Of a DNA stretch of 64,000 nucleotides, positions 42,222 through 55,535 are shown piece after piece (positions within the stretch are counted from its first letter, which is position 1; every line of letters begins with the position of its first letter). The position numbers and the translations under genes were made by a program. Under the pieces are notes generated by a model. That model saw only the letters and a list, made by a program, of their open reading frames with translations. It searched no databases and was not told where the DNA came from. Source of the DNA: Phycisphaerae bacterium (lineage in GTDB: Bacteria; Planctomycetota; Phycisphaerae; UBA1845; Fen-1342); contig CAXXTC010000005.1 of assembly GCA_963666925.2 (NCBI GenBank), positions 96,001 to 160,000 of the forward strand, given 5' to 3'.

Positions 42222-43604
42222 ATGGCACCGAATGATCCCGCTCCAACCCACCCGGCTCCCCTGCCGATCAGCCCGCATAAACCCACACCGTACGACGGCC
42301 CGCCGCGTGACGAGATCCTGGCCCTGCGCCAGGAGTATCTCAACCCCGGCCTGGTGCTGTACTACGACGAGCCGATGTGTGTTGTCGAAGGACACATGCA
42401 ATACGCATGGGACGAGCAAGGTCGCCAGTACCTGGACTGCGCCGGCGGGATCGTGAGCGTATCGGTGGGACATTGCCACCCGAAGATCACCGAGCGTGTC
42501 CGCCAGCAGGTCGGCCGACTCGTGCACACAACGACCGTGTACCTGCACCCGACCATCGTGCAGTACGCGCGCAAAATCGCCGAGCACATGCCCGCAGGCA
42601 GCAACCTGAAGCAGACCTACTTCGGCAACTCCGGCAGCGAGGCTAACGAGTACGCGGTGCTGATGTCGCGGCTGTACACCGGGCGCGATGAGATTCTGTG
42701 TTTGCGAAACGGCTATCATGGCGGCACCGGGGCAACCATGCGCCTGACCGCCATCAGCGATTGGAAGTTCTCAGCCGACGCTGGCTTGAACGTGAAGCAC
42801 GGCCCGGCCGGCTACTGCTACCGCTGCCCATTCGGAATCAGCTATCCCAACTGTGATCTCAAATGTGCCCGAACGTTGGAGGACATGATCAAACACGAAT
42901 CAAGTGGAGAGGTCGCCTGTCTGATCGCGGAGCCTATTCAGGGCGTCGGAGGGATCGTCGTCCCGCCCAAGGAATACTTCCAGGTGGCCTACGAGATCGT
43001 CCGCCGGCATGGGGGGTTGTGTATCGCGGACGAGGTGCAGTGCGGATGGGGACGAACGGGCGAGCACTTCTGGGGATTCGAGCACTTCGACGTGGTCCCG
43101 GACGTGGTGACGATGGCCAAGGGGATTGGTAATGGGGCGCCACTATCAGCGGTCACAACACGGCCCGAGATAGCAGCGACGATGAGCAAGAAGCTGCATT
43201 TCAACACATTCGGTGGTAATCCGGTGTCGGTCACGCACGGGCTGGCAACACTGGAGGTGATTGACGAAGAGCTGATCCAGGAGCGGGCCCTGAAGTTGGG
43301 CGGGTACCTGCGGGAGAAATTGCTGATATTGCAAGAGCGGTACCCACTGATCGGCGAAGTACGCGGCATGGGACTGTTGCAGGCGATTGAGCTGGTGACG
43401 GATCGGCAGACGCGCGAGCCGGCCACCGAGCAGACGCGGCAGGTGGTCGAAGCCGCCCGGCGACGAGGCTTGCTGGTGGGCAAGGCGGGCAGCTTCTGGA
43501 ACACGATCCGCTTGGCACCCCCTATGTGCGTAACCAAGCCAGACATAGATTTTCTGGCAGATGCTCTGGATGGCTGCCTGCGGGAGGTGTCGGGGGTGGA
43601 CTAG
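42222..43604 (+). CDS. Class III aminotransferase (AGXT2 / beta-alanine-pyruvate-like)
   Basis: NSGSEAN, YHG, AEPIQGVGG, ADEVQCGWGRTG and MAKGIGNG. GAGGAG before ATG 42222. Confidence 0.92.
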   Translation: MAPNDPAPTHPAPLPISPHKPTPYDGPPRDEILALRQEYLNPGLVLYYDEPMCVVEGHMQYAWDEQGRQYLDCAGGIVSVSVGHCHPKITERVRQQVGRLVHTTTVYLHPTIVQYARKIAEHMPAGSNLKQTYFGNSGSEANEYAVLMSRLYTGRDEILCLRNGYHGGTGATMRLTAISDWKFSADAGLNVKHGPAGYCYRCPFGISYPNCDLKCARTLEDMIKHESSGEVACLIAEPIQGVGGIVVPPKEYFQVAYEIVRRHGGLCIADEVQCGWGRTGEHFWGFEHFDVVPDVVTMAKGIGNGAPLSAVTTRPEIAATMSKKLHFNTFGGNPVSVTHGLATLEVIDEELIQERALKLGGYLREKLLILQERYPLIGEVRGMGLLQAIELVTDRQTREPATEQTRQVVEAARRRGLLVGKAGSFWNTIRLAPPMCVTKPDIDFLADALDGCLREVSGVD

Positions 43605-43735
43605 GCGATCGGTCCGAGGCGGCGAATTTCCGGACTTGCGGGGCTTGATGGGCTGGACGAATTAATGTTAAGCTCGCATAATCATTAAGCAGGATAATTG
43701 ATAATGCCTTGGACAATTACAAGGAGTCTGGGCGC

Positions 43736-44131
43736 GTGGCAAAGCGAAACACATCTCAACGGCGTGCGATTCGGGACGTGTTTGACTCGACGGATCGTCC
43801 GTTGAGCACGCAGGAAGTGCTGGACGCGGCTCAGCACCACAAATCCGGGATCGGGATCGCGACAATCTACCGTACGCTCAAGTTGCTCATAGAAGAGGAC
43901 TGGCTCGTAACGGTGACGTTACCGAACGAACCCCCGCGGTATGAGCGCGCCGGCAAGCCACATCATCACCATTTCTACTGCCTCAGGTGCAAACGGGCAT
44001 TCGAGGTACCAGGTTGCGTGGAACTGCTGGATACTCTGATACCCCCGGGATTCGTGCTCCAGGGGCACGACCTGGTGCTCAACGGCCTGTGTGTGGAATG
44101 CGCCGGCAATACGGAGCCGGGGAGCACGTAG
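43736..44131 (+). CDS. Fur-family regulator, probably Zur
   Basis: TSQRRAI, GIATIYRTLKLL, HHHHFYCxxC and CxxC. AAGGAG before GTG 43736. Lies upstream of znuACB. Confidence 0.9.
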   Translation: MAKRNTSQRRAIRDVFDSTDRPLSTQEVLDAAQHHKSGIGIATIYRTLKLLIEEDWLVTVTLPNEPPRYERAGKPHHHHFYCLRCKRAFEVPGCVELLDTLIPPGFVLQGHDLVLNGLCVECAGNTEPGST

Positions 44132-44253
44132 CAACTTCCTAAACGATTCGCGTAAGACGAATTAGGGCTTATATCGGCCGCTTGGTATTACGATGTACTA
44201 CAATAGTACTGTCGAGCGGTGATTTCCTGCCATTTGGTGGAGGTTGGTTACTG

Positions 44254-44577
44254 GTGTCGAAACAGAAAGAAACGGTGATCACCTTCAAGGCTGACGCGGC
44301 CTTGCTGGAGGCGCTGCGGACCATACCGAATCGCTCAGAGTTCATTCGCAACGCGATCCTTGGGGCGCTGGAGAATTACTGTCCGTTGTGCAGGGGCACG
44401 GGAGTGTTGACACCCAACCAGAAGGCGCACTGGGAGGAGTTCTCGCGGACGCATCCGATCCGCGAGTGCGCCGAGTGCCACGAAGTACACCTGGTGTGCG
44501 AGGACGCGGAACACAAGCATGATCATCCGAACAAGGCGCCAGGAACTGAGACGTCGCAAGCTGGAGATGAAACATGA
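44254..44577 (+). CDS. CopG/ribbon-helix-helix regulator with Cys/His metal-binding C-terminus
   Basis: VITFK.D..L...L...NRSEFIR.AI (RHH), then CPLC, CxxCH..H..C and HKHDH. Overlaps the znuA start. Confidence 0.8.
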   Translation: MSKQKETVITFKADAALLEALRTIPNRSEFIRNAILGALENYCPLCRGTGVLTPNQKAHWEEFSRTHPIRECAECHEVHLVCEDAEHKHDHPNKAPGTETSQAGDET

Positions 44578-45539
44578 AGCGGTCGGGTTGGTGGCTGCTG
44601 GGTGTCGTCGTAGGACTTCTTAGCGGAGTAACGGTTGAAGGGGGCGCGTCGCCGACGGACAAGCTTAAGGTGGCGGTGACGATCGAGCCGCAAGCGTACT
44701 TCGTGGAGCAGATTGGCGGCGAGTTGGTTGATGTACTGGTGCTGGTTGGACCGGGGCAGTCGCCGCACTCATACGAGCCAACGCCGCGGCAAATGACCGC
44801 GCTGGCGGAATGTTCCGTGTATCTCCGCATCGGCGTTGATTTTGAGCGGGGATTTGTGCCGCGTTTGCAGCGGGCCTTGCCGAAATTGAAGATCGTGGAC
44901 ACGCGGCGCGGCGTGCCGATGCGGGAGCTGGAAGCCGGCCATTCGCACGCCAACCATGAGCATGCTGACGGGCACAAGCACGAACACGAGCACGGCCATG
45001 AGCAGCACGCGGAGGGAAAAACGCAAGATGGCGTGGATGACGGGGTTGCCAAGGACCCGCACATCTGGCTCAGTCCGAAGCTGGTGAAGATCCAGGCACG
45101 GACGATGTGTGATGCGCTGGTGGAGTTGGATCCGCAGCACGCAGACGATTATCGGAAGCGGCTGGCCCGTTTCGAAGCGGAGCTGGACAAGCTGCATGAT
45201 GAGATTGCCGAGGTGCTCAAGCCGCTGAAAGGGCGGGACGTATTCGTATTTCACCCGGCGTATGGATATTTCCTGGACGAGTTTGGGTTGAAGCAGGTGC
45301 CAGTGGAAATCGAGGGCAAGAGCCCCACGCCACGAGAGCTGGCCAAGTTGATCGAGCAGGCGCGTGAGCAGCGGGTGCAGGTGGTTTTTGTGCAGCCTCA
45401 GTTTTCGCCGCGGTCGGCGGAAACATTGGCGCAGGCCATCTCGGGGGTTGTGGTTTCGCTGGATCCGCTGGCGCGTGACTACACCACGAACCTGAGGTCG
45501 ATGGCCGCGGCGATCCGCAAGGGACTCGACAGGCAGTAG
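44574..45539 (+). CDS. znuA: Zinc ABC transporter substrate-binding protein
   Basis: SPHSYEPTP, His-rich loop, DPHIWLSP and FHPAYGYF. Confidence 0.92.
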   Translation: MKRSGWWLLGVVVGLLSGVTVEGGASPTDKLKVAVTIEPQAYFVEQIGGELVDVLVLVGPGQSPHSYEPTPRQMTALAECSVYLRIGVDFERGFVPRLQRALPKLKIVDTRRGVPMRELEAGHSHANHEHADGHKHEHEHGHEQHAEGKTQDGVDDGVAKDPHIWLSPKLVKIQARTMCDALVELDPQHADDYRKRLARFEAELDKLHDEIAEVLKPLKGRDVFVFHPAYGYFLDEFGLKQVPVEIEGKSPTPRELAKLIEQAREQRVQVVFVQPQFSPRSAETLAQAISGVVVSLDPLARDYTTNLRSMAAAIRKGLDRQ

Positions 45540-45549
45540 TGGTGGCGTT

Positions 45550-46332
45550 GTGACACGGTGGAGCCCGATAGTGGCAGAGATTCAGAGCCAAGGTAGTGAC
45601 AATCGTCCGGTGATCGAAGTCCGGGACGTGTCGTTCGCCTACATGACCGCAGCGGTGCTCAGCGATGTCACTTTCTCCGTTCGGCGGGGAGATTTCGCGT
45701 GCATCGTGGGGCCCAATGGCGGGGGCAAGACGACCCTGCTTCGAATCATATTAGGACTACTGGCGCCTGGCCGGGGAACGGTGCGGGTGTTTGGCCGACC
45801 GCCGGCCGAGGCCCGCACACGGATCGGTTATATGCCGCAACACGCCCAACTGGACCCACTGTTTCCGGCCCGGGTGCGGGACGTGGTGATGATGGGGCGA
45901 TTGGGGGCTGGCCATCGGGTGGGATGGTTCAGCCGACATGATATTGAGCGTGGAATGGAGGCGCTGCGCGAAGTGGGGATGGCGGATCTGGCACAGCGAG
46001 CATTTGCCGCTCTATCGGGCGGGCAACGGCAGCGCGTGCTGATCGCCCGGGCGCTGGCGTGTGATCCGGAACTGCTGATCCTGGACGAGCCGACGGCGAG
46101 CCTGGACCCGCTGGTCCAGGACGAGATGACAGAACTGCTACAGCGACTGAACGAGCGTTTGACAGTAATCGTGGTATCGCACGACGTGGGCTTCGTGGCC
46201 CGCCGGGTGCGCACGGTGATTTGCGTGAACCAGAGCGTCAATGTGCACGACGCCAGTGAAGTGACCGGTGAGTCGATCCGCGAACTCTATGGGCACGACG
46301 TACAGCTCGTGCACCACCAGCATCCGCATTGA
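45550..46332 (+). CDS. znuC: Zinc ABC transporter ATPase
   Basis: GPNGGGKT, LSGGQRQR, LDEPT and SHD. Start codon uncertain. Confidence 0.92.
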   Translation: MTRWSPIVAEIQSQGSDNRPVIEVRDVSFAYMTAAVLSDVTFSVRRGDFACIVGPNGGGKTTLLRIILGLLAPGRGTVRVFGRPPAEARTRIGYMPQHAQLDPLFPARVRDVVMMGRLGAGHRVGWFSRHDIERGMEALREVGMADLAQRAFAALSGGQRQRVLIARALACDPELLILDEPTASLDPLVQDEMTELLQRLNERLTVIVVSHDVGFVARRVRTVICVNQSVNVHDASEVTGESIRELYGHDVQLVHHQHPH

Positions 46333-46340
46333 GGTTAGGC

Positions 46341-47255
46341 GTGTTCGATTTTCTTGATGCCGTCGTGCAATTCACGTTCCTGCAAGTCGCCCTGGCGGCC
46401 GGCGTGCTGGCGAGCGTTTCCTGCGGCGTTATCGGCAGCTACGTGGTCGTACGGCGGATCTCCTATATCGCCGGCGGGATCGCACATTGCGTGCTGGGCG
46501 GGATGGGAGCGGCTTATTACCTCAGCGTCGTGCATGGCTGGACTTGGCTGCACCCGCTGCATGGGGCGGTGGTAGCGGCACTGGTGGCCGCGGTGATCAT
46601 CGGGCTGGTCAGCCTGCGCGCCCGGCAACGCGAGGACACCGTGATCGGCGCGCTGTGGGCACTGGGGATGGCGATTGGCGTGTTGTTCATCGCCCGCACG
46701 CCCGGGTACCAGGTCGAGTTGATGAGCTACCTGTTCGGCAACATCCTGATGGTGGGGCCGGAGGATTTGTGGCTGCTGGGCGGGTTGGATGTGCTGGTGG
46801 TCGGAGTGGGGCTGCTGTTCTATCACCAGTTACAGGCGGTCTGCTTCGACGAAGAGTTCGCCCGGCTGCGCGGCATCAACGTCGAGCTGTACTACGTGCT
46901 GCTGCTGTGCCTGACAGCATTGACGGTCGTGCTGGTGGTCAGCGTGGTGGGGATCGTGCTGGTAATCGCACTATTGTCGTTGCCGGTGGCAATCGCGGGC
47001 TACCTGTGCCGAACACTCTGGCAACTGATGATCGTGTCGGGTGTACTGTGCATGGTGTTCACGGCGGCGGGGTTGGGCGTCGGGTACGCGTATGATCTGC
47101 CGCCGGGGGCAACGACCATCGTTCTGGCGGGGGCGGGATACCTGGTCGCGATCGCTCTGGCGGGAATCGGTCGTCGATGGATGCGGGCGCGGAACTCACA
47201 GCCGCTGCACTCGTCGGCGGAAGTTGGTGAGGGGGAATTGGCGGGGGGAGACTGA
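46341..47255 (+). CDS. znuB: Zinc ABC transporter permease
   Basis: ABC-3 motifs GSYVVVRR, IAH and YLFGNIL. GTG start inferred. Confidence 0.92.
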   Translation: MFDFLDAVVQFTFLQVALAAGVLASVSCGVIGSYVVVRRISYIAGGIAHCVLGGMGAAYYLSVVHGWTWLHPLHGAVVAALVAAVIIGLVSLRARQREDTVIGALWALGMAIGVLFIARTPGYQVELMSYLFGNILMVGPEDLWLLGGLDVLVVGVGLLFYHQLQAVCFDEEFARLRGINVELYYVLLLCLTALTVVLVVSVVGIVLVIALLSLPVAIAGYLCRTLWQLMIVSGVLCMVFTAAGLGVGYAYDLPPGATTIVLAGAGYLVAIALAGIGRRWMRARNSQPLHSSAEVGEGELAGGD

Positions 47256-47347
47256 TCGGTTGCTGTGCTGCGGCAGTCGGCGCCCCGCGCCGATATTGAC
47301 ATAACCGCTTGTCATTCAACAAGTAACGTTTTAATTTCCCCCGCGGG

Positions 47348-47704
47348 CTACGTGGCATCGGAGCTCATGGACTCGACACAGTCGAGCGGCACCCAGCCGG
47401 TTGTTCCTTCTGACGAGACGGCCAGCAACCATCCGGATACCGCGAGAACGGCCTCAAGACGTGTGCCAGGCCGGATGGTCAACTCGAACGCGTCGTAGTC
47501 GCGCTTCAGGATGGCCGTAGCACCCTCGATTCTGACCCAGGGCTCAGGAACCCACCCCGATTCGCCGGTCGGCTTGGAGCACCAGAGCCATCCCTCCCAG
47601 TTCGTCTTCCGGCGCTCGAATGCAACCGTGTCACCCTTCTTCAGCGTCAGGGAGTCGGCACAATCCGGCGCGTGTGCCCGGACAACTCGATACGTGCCTG
47701 CCAT
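47348..47704 (-). CDS. Tandem SH3-like domain protein
   Basis: L.L.KGD..EGWLWC...GESGWVP, followed by ELTI..G..SGW...G.TGWVP. Confidence 0.8.
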   Translation of the reverse strand: MAGTYRVVRAHAPDCADSLTLKKGDTVAFERRKTNWEGWLWCSKPTGESGWVPEPWVRIEGATAILKRDYDAFELTIRPGTRLEAVLAVSGWLLAVSSEGTTGWVPLDCVESMSSDAT

Positions 47705-47783
47705 TGAGAAGTCCTCCGCGGTCCGGGTGCCGGTTCAACGCGACATTGACTCCTCCGCAGGTCTTTCCGCCTTGGCGGGGCCG

Positions 47784-50640
<2,857 letters not shown>

Positions 50641-50840
50641 CAGGCGGTAGCTCCGCGGGAGGTTAACAGAATCTGCGCAGTACTTGGCAATCTCGTTATA
50701 ATACCCCACTTGCGCCGGCTGACAAGTCCGCACCGGGGGGCGTCAGAGGCGGTCGTTGGCCGAGCGGTTGCGGAAAAACCCGCTCCCGGGCCGGAACCGG
50801 GGGCCAGCATGGTTCTACCGCCGCTTCTGGAGATGGCCGA

Positions 50841-53800
50841 GTGTTTGCGACTGATCACCCCCTGTTCGCCGCCCTGCGCCAGCGGGTGCTCGTGTTTGAC
50901 GGGGCCATGGGCACCAGCCTGCATGCCCGCGACCTGCCGCTGAGCGATTATCGCGACCTGGAAAACTGCTCGGAGATTCTCAACGAGACCCGGCCAGACG
51001 TGATCGAGGAGATTCATTGCGGCTTCCTGGAGGTGGGTTGCGACGCGGTCGAGACGAACACGTTCGGGGCCAATCACGTGGTGCTGGCCGAGTTCGGGCT
51101 GGCCGAACGTACCTACGAGTTGAACGTGGAGGCAGCCGAGATCGCCCGGCGGGCGACGGCGAAGTACTCGACGCCGGATCGGCCGCGGTTCGTTATCGGA
51201 TCGATCGGCCCGGGCACGAAACTGATTTCGCTATGTCAGATCGGGTATGACGCGCTGCTGGCCAGCTATGTCGACCAGATCCACGGGCTGCTCGACGGGG
51301 GGGTTGACGCGCTGCTGATCGAGACCTGCCAGGACATCCTGCAAACCAAGACAGCGATTCACGCTGCGCGGCAAAACTTCGAGCGGGTGGGGCGGGCGGT
51401 GCCGCTGATGTGCCAGGTGACGATGGAGACCACCGGCACAATGCTGATGGGCACGGACATGGCGGCCGCGGTGGTGGCGCTCGAGGCGTTTCCGGAAGTA
51501 ACCGTGATCGGGCTGAACTGCGCCACCGGGCCGCAGGAGATGAGCGAGCACGTGCGTTACCTGGCGCAGCACTGTTCGCGACTGATCAGCGTGCTGCCGA
51601 ACGCCGGCCTGCCACAGGTGGTGGCGGGGCAAACGCATTTTCCGCTGTCGCCGGAGGAGTTGGCGCGTTGGCTGCGCGAGTTTGTCGTCGCGGACGGCGT
51701 CAACATTGTCGGGGGTTGTTGCGGCACGACGCCGGAACATCTGCGCGCGGTCGCCGCGGCCGTCGATGGCCTGAATCCGACGGTGCGTCAGCCGCAGCAC
51801 GAGCCGGCGGTCAGCAGTTTGTATCACGCCGTCTCGATGCACCAGGAAACAAGCTTCCTGATCGTCGGTGAGCGCTGCAACACGAACGGCTCGCGGAAAT
51901 TCAAGCGGCTGGTCGCGGAGGACGACGTCGACGGCCTGCTGGCGATAGCGACCGAGCAGGTGAACGAAGGCGCCCACGTACTGGACGTGTGTGTCGACGC
52001 CGTCGGACGCGACGGTGTGGCGGACATGACCCGGGTCATCGAGCGTTTCGGCAGCGACATCAACGCGCCGCTGATGCTCGACTCGACCGAGGTTGAGGTG
52101 ATCGAGGCAGGGCTCAAGCTTGCCGGCGGCAAGTGCATCGTCAACTCGGTGAATCTCGAGGACGGCGGCGCGCGTCTGGATCGTGTCTGCCGGATGTTGC
52201 GCCAGTACGGTGCCGCCGTCGTGGCCCTGACCATCGACGACGACCCACAGGAGGCGATGGCGAAGACGGCCGACCGCAAGCTGGCGATCGCCACGCGAAT
52301 TCACGACCTGTTGACCGGGAAGTACGACGTTCGCGCGGAGGATATCTTCTTCGATTGTCTAACGTTTCCGATCACGACCGGCAACGCGGAGGATCGCCGG
52401 TTGGCACTGGAGACGCTGGATGGCATCGAGCGCGTCATGGAGCGTTTCCCGGAGTGCCAGTCGATTCTCGGCGTAAGCAACGTCAGCTTCGGACTGGTGC
52501 CCGCGGCACGCGTGGTGCTCAACTCGGCGTTTTTGTACGAGGCCTGCCAGCGCGGGCTGACGGCGGCGATCGTGCATGCCGGCAAGATCATTCCGCGCAA
52601 CCAGATCAGCGACGAGCGCTGGTCGGCGGCGCTGGATCTGATTTACGATTGGCGCGAGCAGGGTGATCCGTTGGCGCGGTTCATGGGGCTGTTTTCCGCG
52701 GACGAAAAGATCGGCGAGAAAGCGCCGATCGCGGACCTACCGGTCGAGGAGCGCCTCAAGCAGCGCATCATTGACGGCAACCGCGCCGGACTGGCCGAGG
52801 ATCTGAAGGAAGCCCGGCAGAAGTACAACCCGGTCTACATCATTAACGAGTTTCTGCTGGGGGGGATGAAGATTGTGGGCGAGCTGTTCGGCAGTGGCCA
52901 GATGCAGTTGCCGTTCGTGCTCAAGTCGGCCGAGACGATGAAGGCGGCCGTCGCGCACCTCGAGCCCCACATGGAGCGCAGCGAAGCGCAGGATCGGGGG
53001 AAGATTGTGCTGGCGACGGTGCGTGGCGACGTGCACGACATCGGCAAGAACCTGGTCGACATCATCCTGAGCAACAACGGCTACAAGGTTTACAACCTGG
53101 GCATCAAGCAGCCGATCGCCAACGTCATCAACGCGTTGCATGAGCACGGTGCGGACGTGATCGGGCTTTCGGGGTTGCTGGTCAAGTCGACCGTGGTGAT
53201 GCGTGAGGACCTGGACGTGCTCAATGAGCAGAACATCCGCGTGCCGGTGATTCTGGGCGGGGCGGCACTGACGCGGAAATACGTCGAGGGTGAGCTGCGT
53301 TCGGTGTATCGCGGGCCGCTTCATTATGCGAAGGACGCGTTCGACGGTTTGTCACTGATGGGGACGATTGCGGCGGGGCCGGCGGCGGCCGAGGCGGAAG
53401 CGGTCGGCGAGGTCGCAGCGCCGACAGCGGCGCAGATACGCAGTATTGCGGAGCAGCGTTTCGGGTTGCGAGCGGTTGATCATGATGACGCTGAGCGGCA
53501 GCGCGAGGCGGAGGTGGCAGCGCGTGAGGCGACGGCCGCCGAACGCGAGCCGACAGAGGTCGCGGAGCAACACGATTCGGACATCGGGCATGAGTGGCCG
53601 GTACCACGACCGCCGTTCTGGGGCGCGCGGGTGGTGACGCACGTGCCGATCAAGGCAGCGCTGGGTTACATCAACGAGACGATGCTGTTCCAGGTGCAGT
53701 GGGGATTTCGTCGACAGCGGCGCGAGCAGGTCGAGTGGCGCCGCTACATCGAGACGGAGGTGCGGCCGATCTATCGCGAGCTGGTCGAGCGCTGTCAGCG

Positions 53801-54422
53801 TGAGGAGATTCTCCAGCCGCGGGCGATTTACGGCTACTGGCCGGCGAACAGTGATGGCGACGATCTGCTGATCTTCGCACCGCCGCCGCAGGATCTGGAT
53901 CGGCCCGAATTGCACGGTCCGGAAGTGGTGCGGTTCAGCTTCCCGCGCCAGAAGAAACACCCGTACTGGTGTCTGGCGGATTTCTGGCGGCCGGTGCAAT
54001 CGGGCGTGGTCGACGTGGCAGCGTTTTCGCTGGTGACGGCCGGCCCGCGTGTCAGCGAAGTGGCCCAACAGTGGTTCGAGCGCAACGACTATCAGCAGTA
54101 CCTCTTCCTGCACGGGTTGGGGGTCGAGTTGGCCGAGGCGCTGGCGGAGCACTTCCACAAGCAGATCCGGGCGGAGCTGGGCGTCGCGCAGCAGGATGCC
54201 CGCGACCTGAAAAAGCTGTTCCAACAGGGCTACCAGGGCAGCCGGTATAGCTTTGGCTATCCGGCCTGTCCGAACCTGGAAGACCAGGCGCCGCTGGTCA
54301 AGCTGCTCGGCAGCGAGCGCATCGGCGTGCGCTTAAGCGAGGAATATCAGCTTGAGCCCGAACAGACGACCAGCGCGCTGATCACCTACCACCCGGAGGC
54401 ACGCTACTTCAACGTGCGCTGA
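50841..54422 (+). CDS. metH: Cobalamin-dependent methionine synthase
   Basis: DGAMGT, GLNC, GGCCGTTPEH, GER.N..GS, DVHDIGKNLV and RYSFGYPACP. Confidence 0.97.
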   Translation: MFATDHPLFAALRQRVLVFDGAMGTSLHARDLPLSDYRDLENCSEILNETRPDVIEEIHCGFLEVGCDAVETNTFGANHVVLAEFGLAERTYELNVEAAEIARRATAKYSTPDRPRFVIGSIGPGTKLISLCQIGYDALLASYVDQIHGLLDGGVDALLIETCQDILQTKTAIHAARQNFERVGRAVPLMCQVTMETTGTMLMGTDMAAAVVALEAFPEVTVIGLNCATGPQEMSEHVRYLAQHCSRLISVLPNAGLPQVVAGQTHFPLSPEELARWLREFVVADGVNIVGGCCGTTPEHLRAVAAAVDGLNPTVRQPQHEPAVSSLYHAVSMHQETSFLIVGERCNTNGSRKFKRLVAEDDVDGLLAIATEQVNEGAHVLDVCVDAVGRDGVADMTRVIERFGSDINAPLMLDSTEVEVIEAGLKLAGGKCIVNSVNLEDGGARLDRVCRMLRQYGAAVVALTIDDDPQEAMAKTADRKLAIATRIHDLLTGKYDVRAEDIFFDCLTFPITTGNAEDRRLALETLDGIERVMERFPECQSILGVSNVSFGLVPAARVVLNSAFLYEACQRGLTAAIVHAGKIIPRNQISDERWSAALDLIYDWREQGDPLARFMGLFSADEKIGEKAPIADLPVEERLKQRIIDGNRAGLAEDLKEARQKYNPVYIINEFLLGGMKIVGELFGSGQMQLPFVLKSAETMKAAVAHLEPHMERSEAQDRGKIVLATVRGDVHDIGKNLVDIILSNNGYKVYNLGIKQPIANVINALHEHGADVIGLSGLLVKSTVVMREDLDVLNEQNIRVPVILGGAALTRKYVEGELRSVYRGPLHYAKDAFDGLSLMGTIAAGPAAAEAEAVGEVAAPTAAQIRSIAEQRFGLRAVDHDDAERQREAEVAAREATAAEREPTEVAEQHDSDIGHEWPVPRPPFWGARVVTHVPIKAALGYINETMLFQVQWGFRRQRREQVEWRRYIETEVRPIYRELVERCQREEILQPRAIYGYWPANSDGDDLLIFAPPPQDLDRPELHGPEVVRFSFPRQKKHPYWCLADFWRPVQSGVVDVAAFSLVTAGPRVSEVAQQWFERNDYQQYLFLHGLGVELAEALAEHFHKQIRAELGVAQQDARDLKKLFQQGYQGSRYSFGYPACPNLEDQAPLVKLLGSERIGVRLSEEYQLEPEQTTSALITYHPEARYFNVR

Positions 54423-55535
54423 TCCGCACCATCAGGGGTGGCTTCCGTTTCGGCAGCCTGGGCGACGGCCGCTTCTTCTTCGGCGAATTGTTCACGGCGC
54501 TGATGAATGGCGGCGCCGAGCTGCTGCTGAAGGTCGGTTATGACGGAATGGCGGGCGCTGATGTGCATGTTGTGATTGGCCAGCTCGCGTAGCTGCTCTT
54601 CCGCTGATTCGGGCACGCGCTCGATATCGGTGGTGAGTTCAGCAACGGCGGTCAGCACGTCGGGGGGCGGCCGTGTCGAGCCGCAGGGCGAGTGCGTCGA
54701 GCTCGGGCAGGCGGCCGGCCTGCCAGCGCGTCGCGGCCAGGTCGCACCAGGTTCCATAGGCGGGCGCAACGTGAGAACCGCTGTCTACCGCGTCAACAAT
54801 GGCGTACCCATGGTTCTGCGCGATCAGTTCGATCTCGTTGCTGGTCGCGTTGCGAAGCAGCACGAACTGGAACGCGCGCTTGGGTGTGAACTTGATGCCA
54901 CTGGAAAGCGAGAGTGCACTGCGCAAGTTCGCAGGCAGGCCGGTGAGCGCCAAACGAATCAGGTCTTCGGCGAGGGGAATGTCAGCTAGCAGTGTTTGTC
55001 GCTCAGCCAACAGACCGTCGAGCAGCAGAGCGGCCTGCTGCGTCTCGTTGCGCGTCGGCCAACCTTCGAGGGCGACGCCGAGCGACAGTTCCAGCGGTTC
55101 GAGGTTGCCTTCAGTCTTGGTAAGCAGGTTGTCGCCGAGCATTTCACGGGCGGCGTTGGCAACGCGCCACGGGTCATGGCCGAAACGGGCGAACTGCTCC
55201 ATGGTCAGCACAAGCACGTGCGTGTGCACGCGGCAGCCGCCACGGCCGGTGTGCTCTTCCTCGGCGTTGCAGGCCAGCAGCAGGCAGTGGCGTCCGCTCT
55301 CCAGCGGGAAGCTGGCTAGGCCGGCGGCGCCGGTTTCGCCATCACACAGACTGCCGTGCGAGGGTGCACAGCGCGTGATCTCCTGGCGTTCAGCGGGGCT
55401 CAGGCCGCGCGTGCCGGCCACCAGTCGATAGCCGCCGCTGTCCATGGGCGAGGGGATCGAGGTGAAGACGGCGTGTTCGACGGCCACCGCAGATTGATCG
55501 GCCGGCGAGGTTGCTAAAGCTGTCCGAGTGTCCAT
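54404..55535 (-). CDS. GAP1-N2-like (GTPase-associated) domain protein; apparent 1-nt frameshift in the C6 run at 54662-54667
   Basis: EHAVFTS......GYRLVA.T.GL......I...P.H.SL......E.TGRGG.RV.TH pattern recalls GAP1-N2. The helical C-terminus continues in another frame to TAG at 54404. Confidence 0.62.

Noticed and set aside
44941..45010. Repetitive CACGAG/CATGAG DNA in znuA
   Set aside because: It encodes the ordinary His-rich loop of ZnuA.
50641..50840. SAM or cobalamin riboswitch upstream of metH
   Set aside because: No conserved riboswitch core recognisable in this short divergent spacer. An Rfam scan would settle it.
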